A stretch of 64,000 bases of DNA from Candidatus Caldarchaeales archaeon (GTDB lineage: Archaea; Thermoproteota; Nitrososphaeria_A; Caldarchaeales; Wolframiiraptoraceae): contig JBCNVN010000001.1 of NCBI GenBank assembly GCA_039630055.1, positions 160,544 to 224,543 on the forward strand, in the 5' to 3' direction. A program made the position numbers and the translations under genes. The notes beneath the pieces are model-generated. The model saw only the letters and a program-made list of their open reading frames with translations. It made no database searches and had not been told where the DNA came from. Shown one piece after another: positions 10,066-19,444 of this stretch; position 1 is the stretch's first letter; each line of letters begins with the position of its first letter.

Positions 10066-10094
10066 ATGGCCCCCTATCCTTCCGACCAGCTTGT
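10066..10094 (-). other. tRNA-Gln intron 1, non-canonical position in the D-loop, about 29 nt (boundaries ambiguous by up to 4 nt)
   Basis: 38 nt lie between D-stem strands GUCU and GGAU where 8-11 are expected. GGCC occurs at both junctions, so the exact splice point cannot be fixed by eye. Confidence 0.65.
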
Positions 10095-10302
10095 TTGGCC
10101 GCTAGACGACCGGGCTCCACATCTAACAATCTAATGGTAGTTTTTGTATTTTTTGCTCTCTCAAATAATAGAAAGGAGACTCGATCTCTTTTAATCTATA
10201 AAGACTGAGATCATCCAACTTTTAACATATCTGTAAACCTCTCTTCTCAATGATACCGACCCCCATGATTTATATATGTGGAAGAATCCTTTTTGATCTA
10301 GA

Positions 10303-10632
10303 ATGAGTGGCAAATCTATATCTTCAACTATATCGATGCTCGAACTCTTCGAGAAGAAGATAGATGAGCTAATATCTGAGAGTCAGGTTTTTAGAGACAG
10401 GATACTTGGGATAGCTGAAGAAGAATCCATAAAGATTAGAGAGAAGATAATCGCTGAGATTAGAGTTGAGATCGAGGAAAGTTTAAAAAAAGTTGAAGAA
10501 GAGGCTCAGAGAAAAGCTGATGAGATGCTAAAGAAAGCAGGTGAAGAAGCTGAGATGATAAAGAAGAAGCTTGAAGAAAGATTGGAAGAAGTAGTCGGCA
10601 AGGTTTTAAAGATGGTGCTTGGAGAATTATAG
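10303..10632 (+). CDS. A-type ATP synthase peripheral-stalk subunit (H/G-like)
   Basis: 109-aa, highly charged coiled-coil protein (EEEAQRKADEMLKKAGEEAEMIKKKLEE). It ends 2 nt before the subunit C gene. Confidence 0.45.
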   Translation: MSGKSISSTISMLELFEKKIDELISESQVFRDRILGIAEEESIKIREKIIAEIRVEIEESLKKVEEEAQRKADEMLKKAGEEAEMIKKKLEERLEEVVGKVLKMVLGEL

Positions 10633-10634
10633 AG

Positions 10635-11696
10635 ATGTCTAGTGTTAAGCTGGGTAAATACTATTCGATAGCCCGCTCATATGCTCTGAAGGGAATGCTT
10701 TTAGAATTCTCCATATATGAAGACCTGGCCCGATCAAAGAACTTGGAAGAGTTCGTAGATAGATTGAGGACGACAGTCTACGGTCAAGCTCTAACAGAGG
10801 CTCCAAAGCCTCTGAATTCAGAGAACTTAGAAAAGATCTTTGAGAGGGACCTGATAGATGTAGAGTATTCTCTAATCAGATACATGTCTAAAGCAAAATT
10901 TTTAGAAACCTATTTTCTCCGATATGCCTATAAGAATCTAAAACTGATCTTAAAAGCAAAGGCTCAATTAACCACCTATGAAGAGGTATATTCAAAGATC
11001 AATCTTAGAGCAGAGGAGCATCTAAGAATAAGAGACCTAATAGTAAAAGCATTAGCTGAAAAAGATTTGGAGACTGCTATCAAAACCCTCGAGGGAACGC
11101 CTATCTATAGAGATCTAGAGTTCGCCTTGGAGGTTTATGGAAGAGAGAAAGATCTCCAAGTATTTGAGACATCTCTAGATAGATCATTCTATGAGAATCT
11201 TCTCCAATCTATTAAATTTGTGGATAGAGATGAGAAGAAGCCTTTAAAGTCGTTGATAGCCTACGAGATAGATGGATATCTTGTTACGACCGCCTTAAGA
11301 TCAAGATTCTGGAATCTTACTCCAGCTGAAACTAGAAGATTCATGATCCAAAGTGGAATAAAACTCGATAGTAAAAAGCTTGAGAGAATGATACAGGCAA
11401 CTAAGATAGATGAGGTTCTAATGGTTTTGGAGGATACTGACTACCAGCGTATTATAGGCATGGTGGACCCCTCCCAGATACTAAAGACTATAAACATCGT
11501 AGATTCATGGTTTAGAGAAGAATTGATAAAGAGAGCGAAGAGAACTTTCTTAGAGAATATCTTCAGCCAAGCCGTCGTCTATTCCTTCATTAAGCTTAAA
11601 GAGATAGAGGTTAGAAATCTATCAGCATTGGCCTTCGGAATAGAGTACGGCCTACCTCCATCAGAGATACTCGCAAACGTGAAGAGGGTAATTTAA
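10635..11696 (+). CDS. atpC: A-type ATP synthase subunit C (V-ATPase d/AC39 family)
   Basis: 353 aa. The N-terminal pattern YSIARSYALKGMLLEFSIYEDLARSKNLEEFVDRLRTTVYG matches the AtpC family. Confidence 0.75.
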   Translation: MSSVKLGKYYSIARSYALKGMLLEFSIYEDLARSKNLEEFVDRLRTTVYGQALTEAPKPLNSENLEKIFERDLIDVEYSLIRYMSKAKFLETYFLRYAYKNLKLILKAKAQLTTYEEVYSKINLRAEEHLRIRDLIVKALAEKDLETAIKTLEGTPIYRDLEFALEVYGREKDLQVFETSLDRSFYENLLQSIKFVDRDEKKPLKSLIAYEIDGYLVTTALRSRFWNLTPAETRRFMIQSGIKLDSKKLERMIQATKIDEVLMVLEDTDYQRIIGMVDPSQILKTINIVDSWFREELIKRAKRTFLENIFSQAVVYSFIKLKEIEVRNLSALAFGIEYGLPPSEILANVKRVI

Positions 11697-11722
11697 AGAG
11701 AACTAAAACCTCCGATTCCGAA

Positions 11723-11935
11723 ATGAAGCGTATTTACAAGGTAGTTGTCTGTAAAAATTGTGGGCATATGCAGATAACCTCTGCAAAAGATACTTATAGA
11801 TGCTTCAAATGTAATCAGGTCGTTAAAATAGATATTGATAATGTTTTATTCAAGTCTATAGACCCATCTAAAGCAAGGGAGAGATTGATCTCACTTAAAT
11901 CACCTAAAGATAATGATAAGAAGATGAGCCTCTAG
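11723..11935 (+). CDS. Small C4 zinc-ribbon protein
   Basis: 70 aa with CKNCGH...CFKCNQ. Function unknown. Confidence 0.5.
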   Translation: MKRIYKVVVCKNCGHMQITSAKDTYRCFKCNQVVKIDIDNVLFKSIDPSKARERLISLKSPKDNDKKMSL

Positions 11936-12029
11936 TCATCTGAGATTATCAAAGACCAGATTATTAAAGAGAGATATAGATATATTCTTTTTAATTACTT
12001 CTTATCTTAAGTTTGTAGAGTGTCCGTGT

Positions 12030-12230
12030 ATGAGGCTCGATTGGACGAAGCTGATACCTAAGCCTAGGTCCGCATTCCTACTAGTACAATGTAATGAGTG
12101 CGGACATAAACAAGTAGTCTTCGATTGTGCAAAATCCGAGGTACCATGTCAAGTATGTGGAGCAGTTATAGCGAAGCCTAAAGGTGGGAAAGCAGAAATC
12201 CTAGGTAAAGTGGTTGATAGATATGGCTGA
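12030..12230 (+). CDS. rps27e: 30S ribosomal protein S27e
   Basis: 66 aa with the zinc ribbon VQCNECGHKQVVFD...VPCQVCGAVIAKPKGGKA. Confidence 0.9.
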   Translation: MRLDWTKLIPKPRSAFLLVQCNECGHKQVVFDCAKSEVPCQVCGAVIAKPKGGKAEILGKVVDRYG

Positions 12231-13017
12231 GCTAGAATCTCGTGAAGAGCCATCAGTCGGAGAAGCAGTTATCGGAATAGTGAAGACTGTGGATAAATTT
12301 GGAGTATATGTAAGTTTACTGGATTATCCTAGTTGGGAAGGATTCACCCATGTTTCAGAGATCTCCCTAAAATGGATTAGGAACATTAGAGAATATTTGA
12401 GGGAAGGTCAGAAAGAAGTATTCAAGATAATTAGGGTTAATCCACATCTACGTCAAGTAGACCTCTCATTGAGAAGGGTTGAGAAGAGGGAGAGAGAACA
12501 GAAGCTCCTAGACTGGAAGAGGGGGGAGAAGGCTCTACGTGTAATAAAAATACTAGCAGAGAAGACAGGGGTAAGTATAGATGAGTTAAAGAAGAAGATC
12601 GTTGAACCTGTCTCCAGTAGAGGTTTAAAGCTTTATGATTTTTTCCTTGAAGTACTGGAGTCTGAGACTCTACCTGAATGGCTTAAACTAGATGAGAACA
12701 TAAGAAGCAAGCTTATTGAGATCGTTAAACAAGAAGTCAGACTAAAGAAGGTGGTCCTCAGAGGAGAGATAATACTAAGTTGTAGAAGGGGAGATGGTGT
12801 CGATTATATAAGAAAAGCTATTGAGGAAGGATTGAAACTGGCTGAGAGAGGGGAATCGGTCAGTATAACGACGAAGGGATCTCCAAGATACATGATAAGA
12901 GTAGAAGCAGATATAGAGGATAGAGCGAGACAGTTACTGAAAGATGTAGCAGAGAAATGTATAGAGGTAATTAGAAGATATGGAGGTACCGGGGAGATGG
13001 TGGGGAAAGAAAGTTGA
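12214..13017 (+). CDS. eif2a: Translation initiation factor aIF2 alpha subunit
   Basis: N-terminal S1 domain (GEAVIGIVKTVDKFGVYVSLLDY). Size is 267 aa. It sits in the conserved S27e-aIF2alpha-Nop10 context. Confidence 0.9.
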   Translation: MIDMAELESREEPSVGEAVIGIVKTVDKFGVYVSLLDYPSWEGFTHVSEISLKWIRNIREYLREGQKEVFKIIRVNPHLRQVDLSLRRVEKREREQKLLDWKRGEKALRVIKILAEKTGVSIDELKKKIVEPVSSRGLKLYDFFLEVLESETLPEWLKLDENIRSKLIEIVKQEVRLKKVVLRGEIILSCRRGDGVDYIRKAIEEGLKLAERGESVSITTKGSPRYMIRVEADIEDRARQLLKDVAEKCIEVIRRYGGTGEMVGKES

Positions 13018-13187
13018 GATCACTTATAAAAAAATGTTCGAGATGTGGAAGATATACTATGAGAGATGATAAGTGTCCTTACTGTGGTGGAGAGGTTAGG
13101 TCAGCCCACCCTCTAAACATATCCTTAGACCATAGATATCTTTCTATGATAATTAATGCTCGGAAATCGGCTGTTGAACGGAAATAA
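13014..13187 (+). CDS. nop10: H/ACA ribonucleoprotein protein Nop10 (57 aa, below the ORF-track size cut-off)
   Basis: Own translation: MRSLIKKCSRCGRYTMRDDKCPYCGGEVRSAHPLNISLDHRYLSMIINARKSAVERK. This shows the Nop10 zinc ribbon plus the AHP motif. The TTG start overlaps the aIF2alpha stop (TTGA). Confidence 0.85.
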   Translation: MRSLIKKCSRCGRYTMRDDKCPYCGGEVRSAHPLNISLDHRYLSMIINARKSAVERK

Positions 13188-13457
13188 GAGCAAAACTTAA
13201 AAATATTGTAATCAAGATAGGAAATGAATTATAAACTATAAAAGGAAGCTATGGAGTGTAAACGGGTTGTTAGACGGAAACTCCCAGGAAATCTACGGTA
13301 GATTCTCCTCTCCAAAGACGGTATTTAAAATATCTAGGTTAGTTTTCCTTGAAGAGTATATAACTTGACACGTCTCCATATTCTTCAATATAAAGGAAGT
13401 TTATAGGATACTGGGACAAGTTAATAACTAAGGAGTACTGTTTAAAGTTGGGAGATA

Positions 13458-14252
13458 ATGGTTCAGAATAGATGGAGGTTTAATCAGCTCGAAGACTCTA
13501 AGATCTTCTTGACTAGAGAAGGGGAAAAGGCAGATCTAAGAAACTCCTACTTGATCGAGTCTTCTCCAAGTCCAGGTGCAGCTGGATTCATCGCCTTGAT
13601 GCATCTAATCGACCTTCTTAAACCTGTGAAAATAGGTGAAGTAAGATCTCCACACTTTCCACAGATTAGTATTGTTGATGAAAATGGGGTGGCGACATTA
13701 CCCAAGATCGAGCTATACTTCTTTAACGGAGAAGTTAAACTATTGTTTATGGTGAGAAACTTCCCGATAGAGAGTAGTGAAGGCTGCTATCATGTTTCGA
13801 GAAAGCTTTATGATTTCTTTAAATCTCGAGGGGTTAAAGCTTACTATGCATTGGCTAGCTCAAGGATTCTAGGAGAACCAATAGTTTACGTCGCCTCTAC
13901 TAGTATAGCCCATGCAAAAAACTTGCTCGATGCAGGTGCAAAGCTATCCCCAAACCTTGACACTCTACCAATCGATAAATTCACGGCCCAGATGCTCTCC
14001 TTCTTCACCAGATCCGATGAAAATGCCTTTCTACTAATCTCTGAAGTCTACTCTTATCTTCCAGACCCTGCTGCTGCAAAACGCCTACTTGAAGTCTTGT
14101 CTAGAGCTTTGAAGTTCAACGTGGATATGGAGAAGCTTGATAGAGAGATAGAAAAGCAGAGGAAGATGATTGAAGAGTTCCAGAGAGGATTTAGTCGTAT
14201 AATTCCAGAGAAAGAAGAAGAGCCTAGTAAAGAACCCTTCTATATAGGTTAG
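13458..14252 (+). CDS. PAC2-family (proteasome assembly chaperone-like) protein
   Basis: 264 aa. The segment SPSPGAAGFIALMHLIDLL...SPHFPQISIV resembles archaeal PAC2 proteins. Its position after nop10 is a common archaeal arrangement. Confidence 0.6.
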   Translation: MVQNRWRFNQLEDSKIFLTREGEKADLRNSYLIESSPSPGAAGFIALMHLIDLLKPVKIGEVRSPHFPQISIVDENGVATLPKIELYFFNGEVKLLFMVRNFPIESSEGCYHVSRKLYDFFKSRGVKAYYALASSRILGEPIVYVASTSIAHAKNLLDAGAKLSPNLDTLPIDKFTAQMLSFFTRSDENAFLLISEVYSYLPDPAAAKRLLEVLSRALKFNVDMEKLDREIEKQRKMIEEFQRGFSRIIPEKEEEPSKEPFYIG

Positions 14253-14262
14253 AATCTCTCTA

Positions 14263-16347
14263 TCAATCTACTATCTCGTAGATATAGATGTATGCAAAAC
14301 TGCTGTAAGGCTCGCTAGATCCATAGATGAGTAAGAAGTGATTTAGAGTAGAAGGCTGATAGACGTGTCCTGTAACACCCGAGTAGACTTGTTGAGGCTT
14401 GTAGGGTATAAGCTGACCGAGAAGAGTCTCTGACCAGAATTTGCTTGTAGGATTTCCCCGCTCATCGAGATAATCCTCCTCATTAAATTGGTAGCCCACC
14501 TGTTTGGCAATCCTCAGCATCCAGATCCATTTCGCCTCATCACCATATCCCAATAGGGTTGGAATGCTTCCAGAGGCTCCAGCCCTCCCTCCATGGGTTA
14601 CGAATATCAAGACATGTGTTGCTCCAAGCTTCTTAAATACTCTGTAAGCAGTCTCTTCGTCAGACATGAATGCATAGGCTACCTCTCCGATATGAGTAGT
14701 GTTCAACGTTGCATTATCAACCAAGCTGGTATGGTTTCCTAAGATGGTTATCCAGTATCCATAATCCCACCATGAAGCTACCACGGCATCGTTTGGAAGA
14801 TTATCTCTCATCCAGCTTAATGCTCTAAGCCAGTCTGCAATACTTGATTTGACCGGTAAGCTTGAAGATACAACGGTAGGTGGAGAGTATCCTGCATCTA
14901 TAGCTGAGATAGAGTATCTGAAGCCGTAGACGGCTGGAACAAGATTAACGGTCAAGAGTATCGTAATGATTATAGGGGTCAGAATATAGTATTCTACACC
15001 TATACTTCTCACTTTCTCCTTCTTTGAATATGTTACTCTAATGTTGTGGGCGAGACCTCTAAATATCTCGGCTAAACCATATCCGGCTACGATAGCTATA
15101 GCTGGAGCTGCCAAGATCGTTAATCTCACCATCGTTGAAGCAAAGTAGATGACGAATAATGTCAGTAGCACCATGAATATATCTATATCCTCTCTTCTCT
15201 TCAATAGATAGTATACTCCTGCTGGAAGTAGGAATAGTTTGAAGCCTGCATCAGAGAATAGTACGGCCCAGGTAGATATCTGGTTTTCTGCAACAGATAT
15301 AACGATTGGAAGCGTAGATCTTAAGGTTGGGACAACGGTGCTGAGGAATTTAAGCCCTGGAAGTCCGAGACTACCTATAGAGACCAGCGATACTAAAGCT
15401 ATTAAACCACCTATCAAAACATAGTGTGGGAGATTCCCGAGAAGATTCGGTCTAAGTTTTCTTACCTCAAATGAGGTCAAGTATATGAAGACAGCGATAG
15501 AAGTAATGACCGTTGCTTCTCTGAGAAAGTCAAGTCCGAGTTTAGGCACCATTACAGCTATAGAGGTATATAGAAGAGCTGTAATAGAGTATGAGACTAG
15601 AAGCTTCCTCCTATATCTACCGATTAAAGCTATAAAACCTGTGAATATAGGTATAAACATGATTGGAAATCTGGAGGCACCCCAGCTTGCTGTAACATAG
15701 CCTAGAGAGACCCCGCTGATTATCGAGTAGATTATGAGGCTCCTCCAGCTTCTATCCTTCTTGATCGCTAAGAGATATGTGAGGAACCCGAGCATCATAA
15801 ATGGGATGCTCACGCTCTCATCATCAAACCAGCCGAGATGGGTTCTACCTATACTTGCATTGCTCAAGGCCATTAGGAAGCCGGCAAAGAATCCCGTGGG
15901 CTTCCCTCCCAACTCTCTACCTAGTAAGAAGGCCAAGAAGACTGCTAATGTACCCATTATTGGAGGTAGGAAGGAGGCAAGTTCAAGTGGATCTACATGG
16001 AACCCCACACCATTGATTAGATGGTAGATGAACGCGGCTAGGAATGGTAATCCTGGAAAGGCAGTTTTACCTACATCCCTACCATATGGATACCATGATT
16101 CATAATCATGCCATCTGGAGAACTCTAGGAATCCACTCCAACCTCTCTCTACTACATACATCATCTCTCTATACTGCATCCATGGATCGAACTCGCTCAA
16201 GTATAGGCCCCATCTTAGAGGAAGTATCCTGACAAAGAACGCTATACATAGTATTAAAAACAATATCGTTACCTCGATAAATATTGATCTCCCTTGGAAA
16301 ACTCTTCTAATAGAGCTGATTATCCACCTTCTCCTCATCCTATCCAT
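14263..16347 (-). CDS. aglB: Oligosaccharyltransferase AglB (STT3 family)
   Basis: 694-aa polytopic N-terminal membrane domain with the WWDYGYWI (WWDYG) catalytic motif. Confidence 0.9.
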   Translation of the reverse strand: MDRMRRRWIISSIRRVFQGRSIFIEVTILFLILCIAFFVRILPLRWGLYLSEFDPWMQYREMMYVVERGWSGFLEFSRWHDYESWYPYGRDVGKTAFPGLPFLAAFIYHLINGVGFHVDPLELASFLPPIMGTLAVFLAFLLGRELGGKPTGFFAGFLMALSNASIGRTHLGWFDDESVSIPFMMLGFLTYLLAIKKDRSWRSLIIYSIISGVSLGYVTASWGASRFPIMFIPIFTGFIALIGRYRRKLLVSYSITALLYTSIAVMVPKLGLDFLREATVITSIAVFIYLTSFEVRKLRPNLLGNLPHYVLIGGLIALVSLVSIGSLGLPGLKFLSTVVPTLRSTLPIVISVAENQISTWAVLFSDAGFKLFLLPAGVYYLLKRREDIDIFMVLLTLFVIYFASTMVRLTILAAPAIAIVAGYGLAEIFRGLAHNIRVTYSKKEKVRSIGVEYYILTPIIITILLTVNLVPAVYGFRYSISAIDAGYSPPTVVSSSLPVKSSIADWLRALSWMRDNLPNDAVVASWWDYGYWITILGNHTSLVDNATLNTTHIGEVAYAFMSDEETAYRVFKKLGATHVLIFVTHGGRAGASGSIPTLLGYGDEAKWIWMLRIAKQVGYQFNEEDYLDERGNPTSKFWSETLLGQLIPYKPQQVYSGVTGHVYQPSTLNHFLLIYGSSEPYSSFAYIYIYEIVD

Positions 16348-16626
16348 TAAACATTCGATCGAGAATCCACGTATTTAACATTTTGTGCTAAATTATCGAA
16401 GCCTAATCTAAAACTATCTAGATAGATTCAAAATAGATATTGTAAATTCTATTTTAATCATGAACTGTAGGGTTGGGAGTTTTCAAAAATGGGAACATTA
16501 TCTGGAAGGAAGATCTAACTGATCATATTAAAAGTAGATGTATCGTGGGTATCCTATCTTTGTCCTAATCTATACTGTAGATAAAGTGCAAGAAGTGCTA
16601 ATGCAAAGATTATTACTGTAAATAGG

Positions 16627-17064
16627 TTAATCAGCTCCATTATTACCAATCTCCTTTGGTCTCGCTTTACTGAGTCTTGAGAGGATCAACAATAATACGA
16701 TTAGTGTTGCTAGCATGATCCCTAGAATTGCGGAGTAAGCTTCTACTGGTAGATAGCTATACACAGTCATTGTAACAATACTGGTAGAGATGATGGTAGT
16801 CGTTCTTAGCAGTAGCAATGTATCGGTCTTGAATAGGGTTGAGAATTCTGTAATAGTCTCCACCATCGTAATATATTCTCTAACTATCTTTGTAGTTGTC
16901 AAAGTAATTGGAGCGCCAGTATAAGTATACACTGTCTCTGTAATGGTAGGATTGTCGTTTAGATAATCTTTCACATCTGCTCTAGTAGTATTTGACAAAA
17001 CGCCTAAAGACAATATCAATAATAATAACAGTATAGACAATCTACTCTTCAATAGATCCATCAC
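16627..17064 (-). CDS. Small secreted Thr-rich protein with a C-terminal TM anchor
   Basis: It has a signal peptide (MMDLLKSRLSILLLLLILSLGVLS), a T/V/I/E-rich tract (ITETVYTYTG...VETITEF) and a C-terminal TM followed by a basic tail. It overlaps the upstream 800-aa gene by 23 nt. Confidence 0.6.
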   Translation of the reverse strand: MMDLLKSRLSILLLLLILSLGVLSNTTRADVKDYLNDNPTITETVYTYTGAPITLTTTKIVREYITMVETITEFSTLFKTDTLLLLRTTTIISTSIVTMTVYSYLPVEAYSAILGIMLATLIVLLLILSRLSKARPKEIGNNGAD

Positions 17065-19444
17065 CTTCTAGATTTAATCTCATCTTAAATTTCCACATCT
17101 TATGAAGTCTCCACACTATGATGGAGAGGATAGTGATCAAGGTTAGCTGGAGGAATATTATTAGAGGGGCATCGATTATAGGGGTAAGCACCCATAATAT
17201 CTGGATAACTCTATCCCCGTTGATCTCTTCGATCCCAAATGGATTTAGTGCTCTCCACCTGAAACCTAACAATTCCATGAAACTATCTGCAGGAGATACT
17301 TGAGGCTCAACCCTCCAAAATACTGTGGTCCCCTCAGGATATTCTCCTTCACCTATAAACAATCCTATATCGGTTTTTCCCTCTAATTTATGGTATCTTA
17401 AAATACTATAATGTATAGATATATCTAACGGTCTCTCAACATAGAATGAGATTTGACCTGGATTATGAAACTCTAGGTCTCCTATAAAGCCTTTCAAGAA
17501 AAGTACTAGTCCATCATCATTCTTGAATTTATCGGGAAAGTAACATGTTAGAATAGTGTTCCGTAAGACCCATGATTCAGCAATCCCATCTACATAATTC
17601 CATTCAACCATCCCAGGTGGACCATTACATATTGGATAAATATTCTCTAATCCCACAATTGTATGTACTCTTACAAGGAAATATCTTCTTACTTCTAACC
17701 ATATTGTTCCAGGAGAATCTACTCTTAGAATAATCTCTCTACTATCTTTGAGATATTTATAGTTTAAGCTCGACTTGAAGCTTATCAATTCTATCCTCTC
17801 ACCTACTGATCTAGGAGATAAAAATCTATCCAGCAATACTCTATACTCTCCACCGAGGGATACCCATTCCTCTTCTACATCCTCCCTATCAAGATCTCTA
17901 ACAACGATCTTTATCATAGCCTCAATATTATAGTATAACGTGATGGTATCCGGTCTATCTACGAATATATAAACAAGGTCTCTATCCATCTTTATATTCA
18001 AACTTGACACTATGTTTGATGGCTTAAATCTGTACTGTCCTGCTATAATCTCCTTAAATGGTATACGTAGAACCCCGTCCTTCTTTATCCAGTACTCTCC
18101 AACATATTCAGATATCTGGCTTGGTAGAATCTCCATGATATCTTCTCTCTTAAATATGTCTTTAGAGATCGTAGGCTCAAATAACAATCTTATCTTGTAG
18201 TATCTCTCATATACATAGCTTACACTATGAGTTGAATTTACTCTAAATAATCTAATATTATCATAATCTTTTCCATCTATTTTAATCTTTGAGAGTATAT
18301 ACATCTGGGAGCTGGTCTGTAAGATTCTTGGTGGCGAGACATCTACCTTACTTCCCGCCTTCACCCATTCTTTACCTTCGAGAATCTTCAAGACTATTTC
18401 ATCAGGTTCAACATCTCTAACTATTAGATACCATGGACTGTAGAAGAACTGTAGAGCAATCCTCCAACCAGGCTCAAGATATATTTCCCTTATACTGTTT
18501 TCCGCAACGTATTTTACATTGGTTGACAATTGAACCTCTTCTTGAACAGCAACCAGTAAAGTTGAAGCTTGAGATAAGGGAATGTCTAGATTATAGTCTA
18601 TACCTCCATATATGTACTTCTCAATGATGTCTCCACTAGGCAGTATTATCACCTGGACTTGTATCTTGAGGTTTACCGGTAAACCATTAACTCTAATCTT
18701 TATTGTTGTCGGTATCGGATGAACGCTTATCTTACATATCTTTTCTTCTACCATTATCCAGGTATTATTTTCAAGATTAAGGTACTCGAGAATAGAGATC
18801 ACTTCTATCTCGCCCGGTTCCGATGGAGGAGATACCTGTCTATATAATGGGATCGTACCATTACCTTCTAACTCAAGCTCGATCATGGTCTCAAGCTCTC
18901 CATCTACAATTATCCTCACCCTCGTCCTTATCTTATCTACCGAACTATACGTGAATGATAGATTCAGAGAGAACTTCTCATCGATTAATACATATGCTGG
19001 ACAGCTATAGTTAATGAATCTGAGAAATGGAGTCTCAGGTCTTGATCTTATAATTATCTTCAAGTATTCTTCTTCTAGAATCTGTCCACCATGCCATAGT
19101 TCTATCTTGATTGAATGATTACCTAACTCAGCATTCGGAGAAGTCTTTATATCTAAGATTGAGGTAAAAGGGGTCTCACCCGCTACTCTGGAGAGAGTAT
19201 AGTTTAACCATGGAGGCTTCTCCGGTATTACTATTCTAACCCTTAAACCTTGAACTTCTTTACCTACGTTTATTTTAACCGATGCCTCATCTCCACTAAA
19301 CAACTCTATCTTATCGGGTTCTAGAGAGATCAAGTCTAGGGGATAGACTGCTTGAGATGAGAATAATGCGAATACTCCGATCATGAGGGATAATATCTTG
19401 AAGTATAGTTTAATCATCTCGATACCACTTACCGCCTCTCTCAA
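17042..19444 (-). CDS. Large (about 800 aa) secreted protein with a C-terminal TM anchor, unknown function
   Basis: A long ORF. The probable real start is the ATG at 19417 (MIKLYFKILSLMIGVFALFSS signal peptide). The C-terminal TM is PLIIFLQLTLITILSIIVW followed by basic residues. No catalytic motif was recognised. Confidence 0.7.
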   Translation of the reverse strand: MREAVSGIEMIKLYFKILSLMIGVFALFSSQAVYPLDLISLEPDKIELFSGDEASVKINVGKEVQGLRVRIVIPEKPPWLNYTLSRVAGETPFTSILDIKTSPNAELGNHSIKIELWHGGQILEEEYLKIIIRSRPETPFLRFINYSCPAYVLIDEKFSLNLSFTYSSVDKIRTRVRIIVDGELETMIELELEGNGTIPLYRQVSPPSEPGEIEVISILEYLNLENNTWIMVEEKICKISVHPIPTTIKIRVNGLPVNLKIQVQVIILPSGDIIEKYIYGGIDYNLDIPLSQASTLLVAVQEEVQLSTNVKYVAENSIREIYLEPGWRIALQFFYSPWYLIVRDVEPDEIVLKILEGKEWVKAGSKVDVSPPRILQTSSQMYILSKIKIDGKDYDNIRLFRVNSTHSVSYVYERYYKIRLLFEPTISKDIFKREDIMEILPSQISEYVGEYWIKKDGVLRIPFKEIIAGQYRFKPSNIVSSLNIKMDRDLVYIFVDRPDTITLYYNIEAMIKIVVRDLDREDVEEEWVSLGGEYRVLLDRFLSPRSVGERIELISFKSSLNYKYLKDSREIILRVDSPGTIWLEVRRYFLVRVHTIVGLENIYPICNGPPGMVEWNYVDGIAESWVLRNTILTCYFPDKFKNDDGLVLFLKGFIGDLEFHNPGQISFYVERPLDISIHYSILRYHKLEGKTDIGLFIGEGEYPEGTTVFWRVEPQVSPADSFMELLGFRWRALNPFGIEEINGDRVIQILWVLTPIIDAPLIIFLQLTLITILSIIVWRLHKMWKFKMRLNLEGDGSIEE

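Larger units (their letters stand above)
9992..10116 (-). tRNA. tRNA-Gln(UUG) carrying two introns (mature length about 73 nt)
   Basis: The acceptor AGCCCGG/CCGGGCU is a perfect 7-bp stem. The D-arm GUCU-AGCGGCCA(A/U)-GGAU is the Glu/Gln type. The anticodon stem is CUGGG/CCCGG with loop CUUUGGA. The T-arm is GCCGG-UUCGAAU-CCGGC, followed by discriminator A. No CCA is encoded. Confidence 0.85.

Noticed and set aside
9984-10208. 74-aa plus-strand ORF.
   Set aside because: It is the antisense translation of the GC-rich tRNA-Gln gene and its flank. The Pro/Gly/Arg-rich sequence is typical of such artefacts.
13188-13457. Unusually long (270-nt) intergenic region after nop10, examined for an H/ACA or C/D sRNA. 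Hairpins GGAGU...ACUCC and AAUCU-ACGGU-AGAUU are present.
   Set aside because: I found no ACA/ANA box at the right distance, no K-turn GA motifs and no C/D boxes. The region is not GC-enriched like the tRNAs. It is probably just a promoter region for the PAC2 gene.
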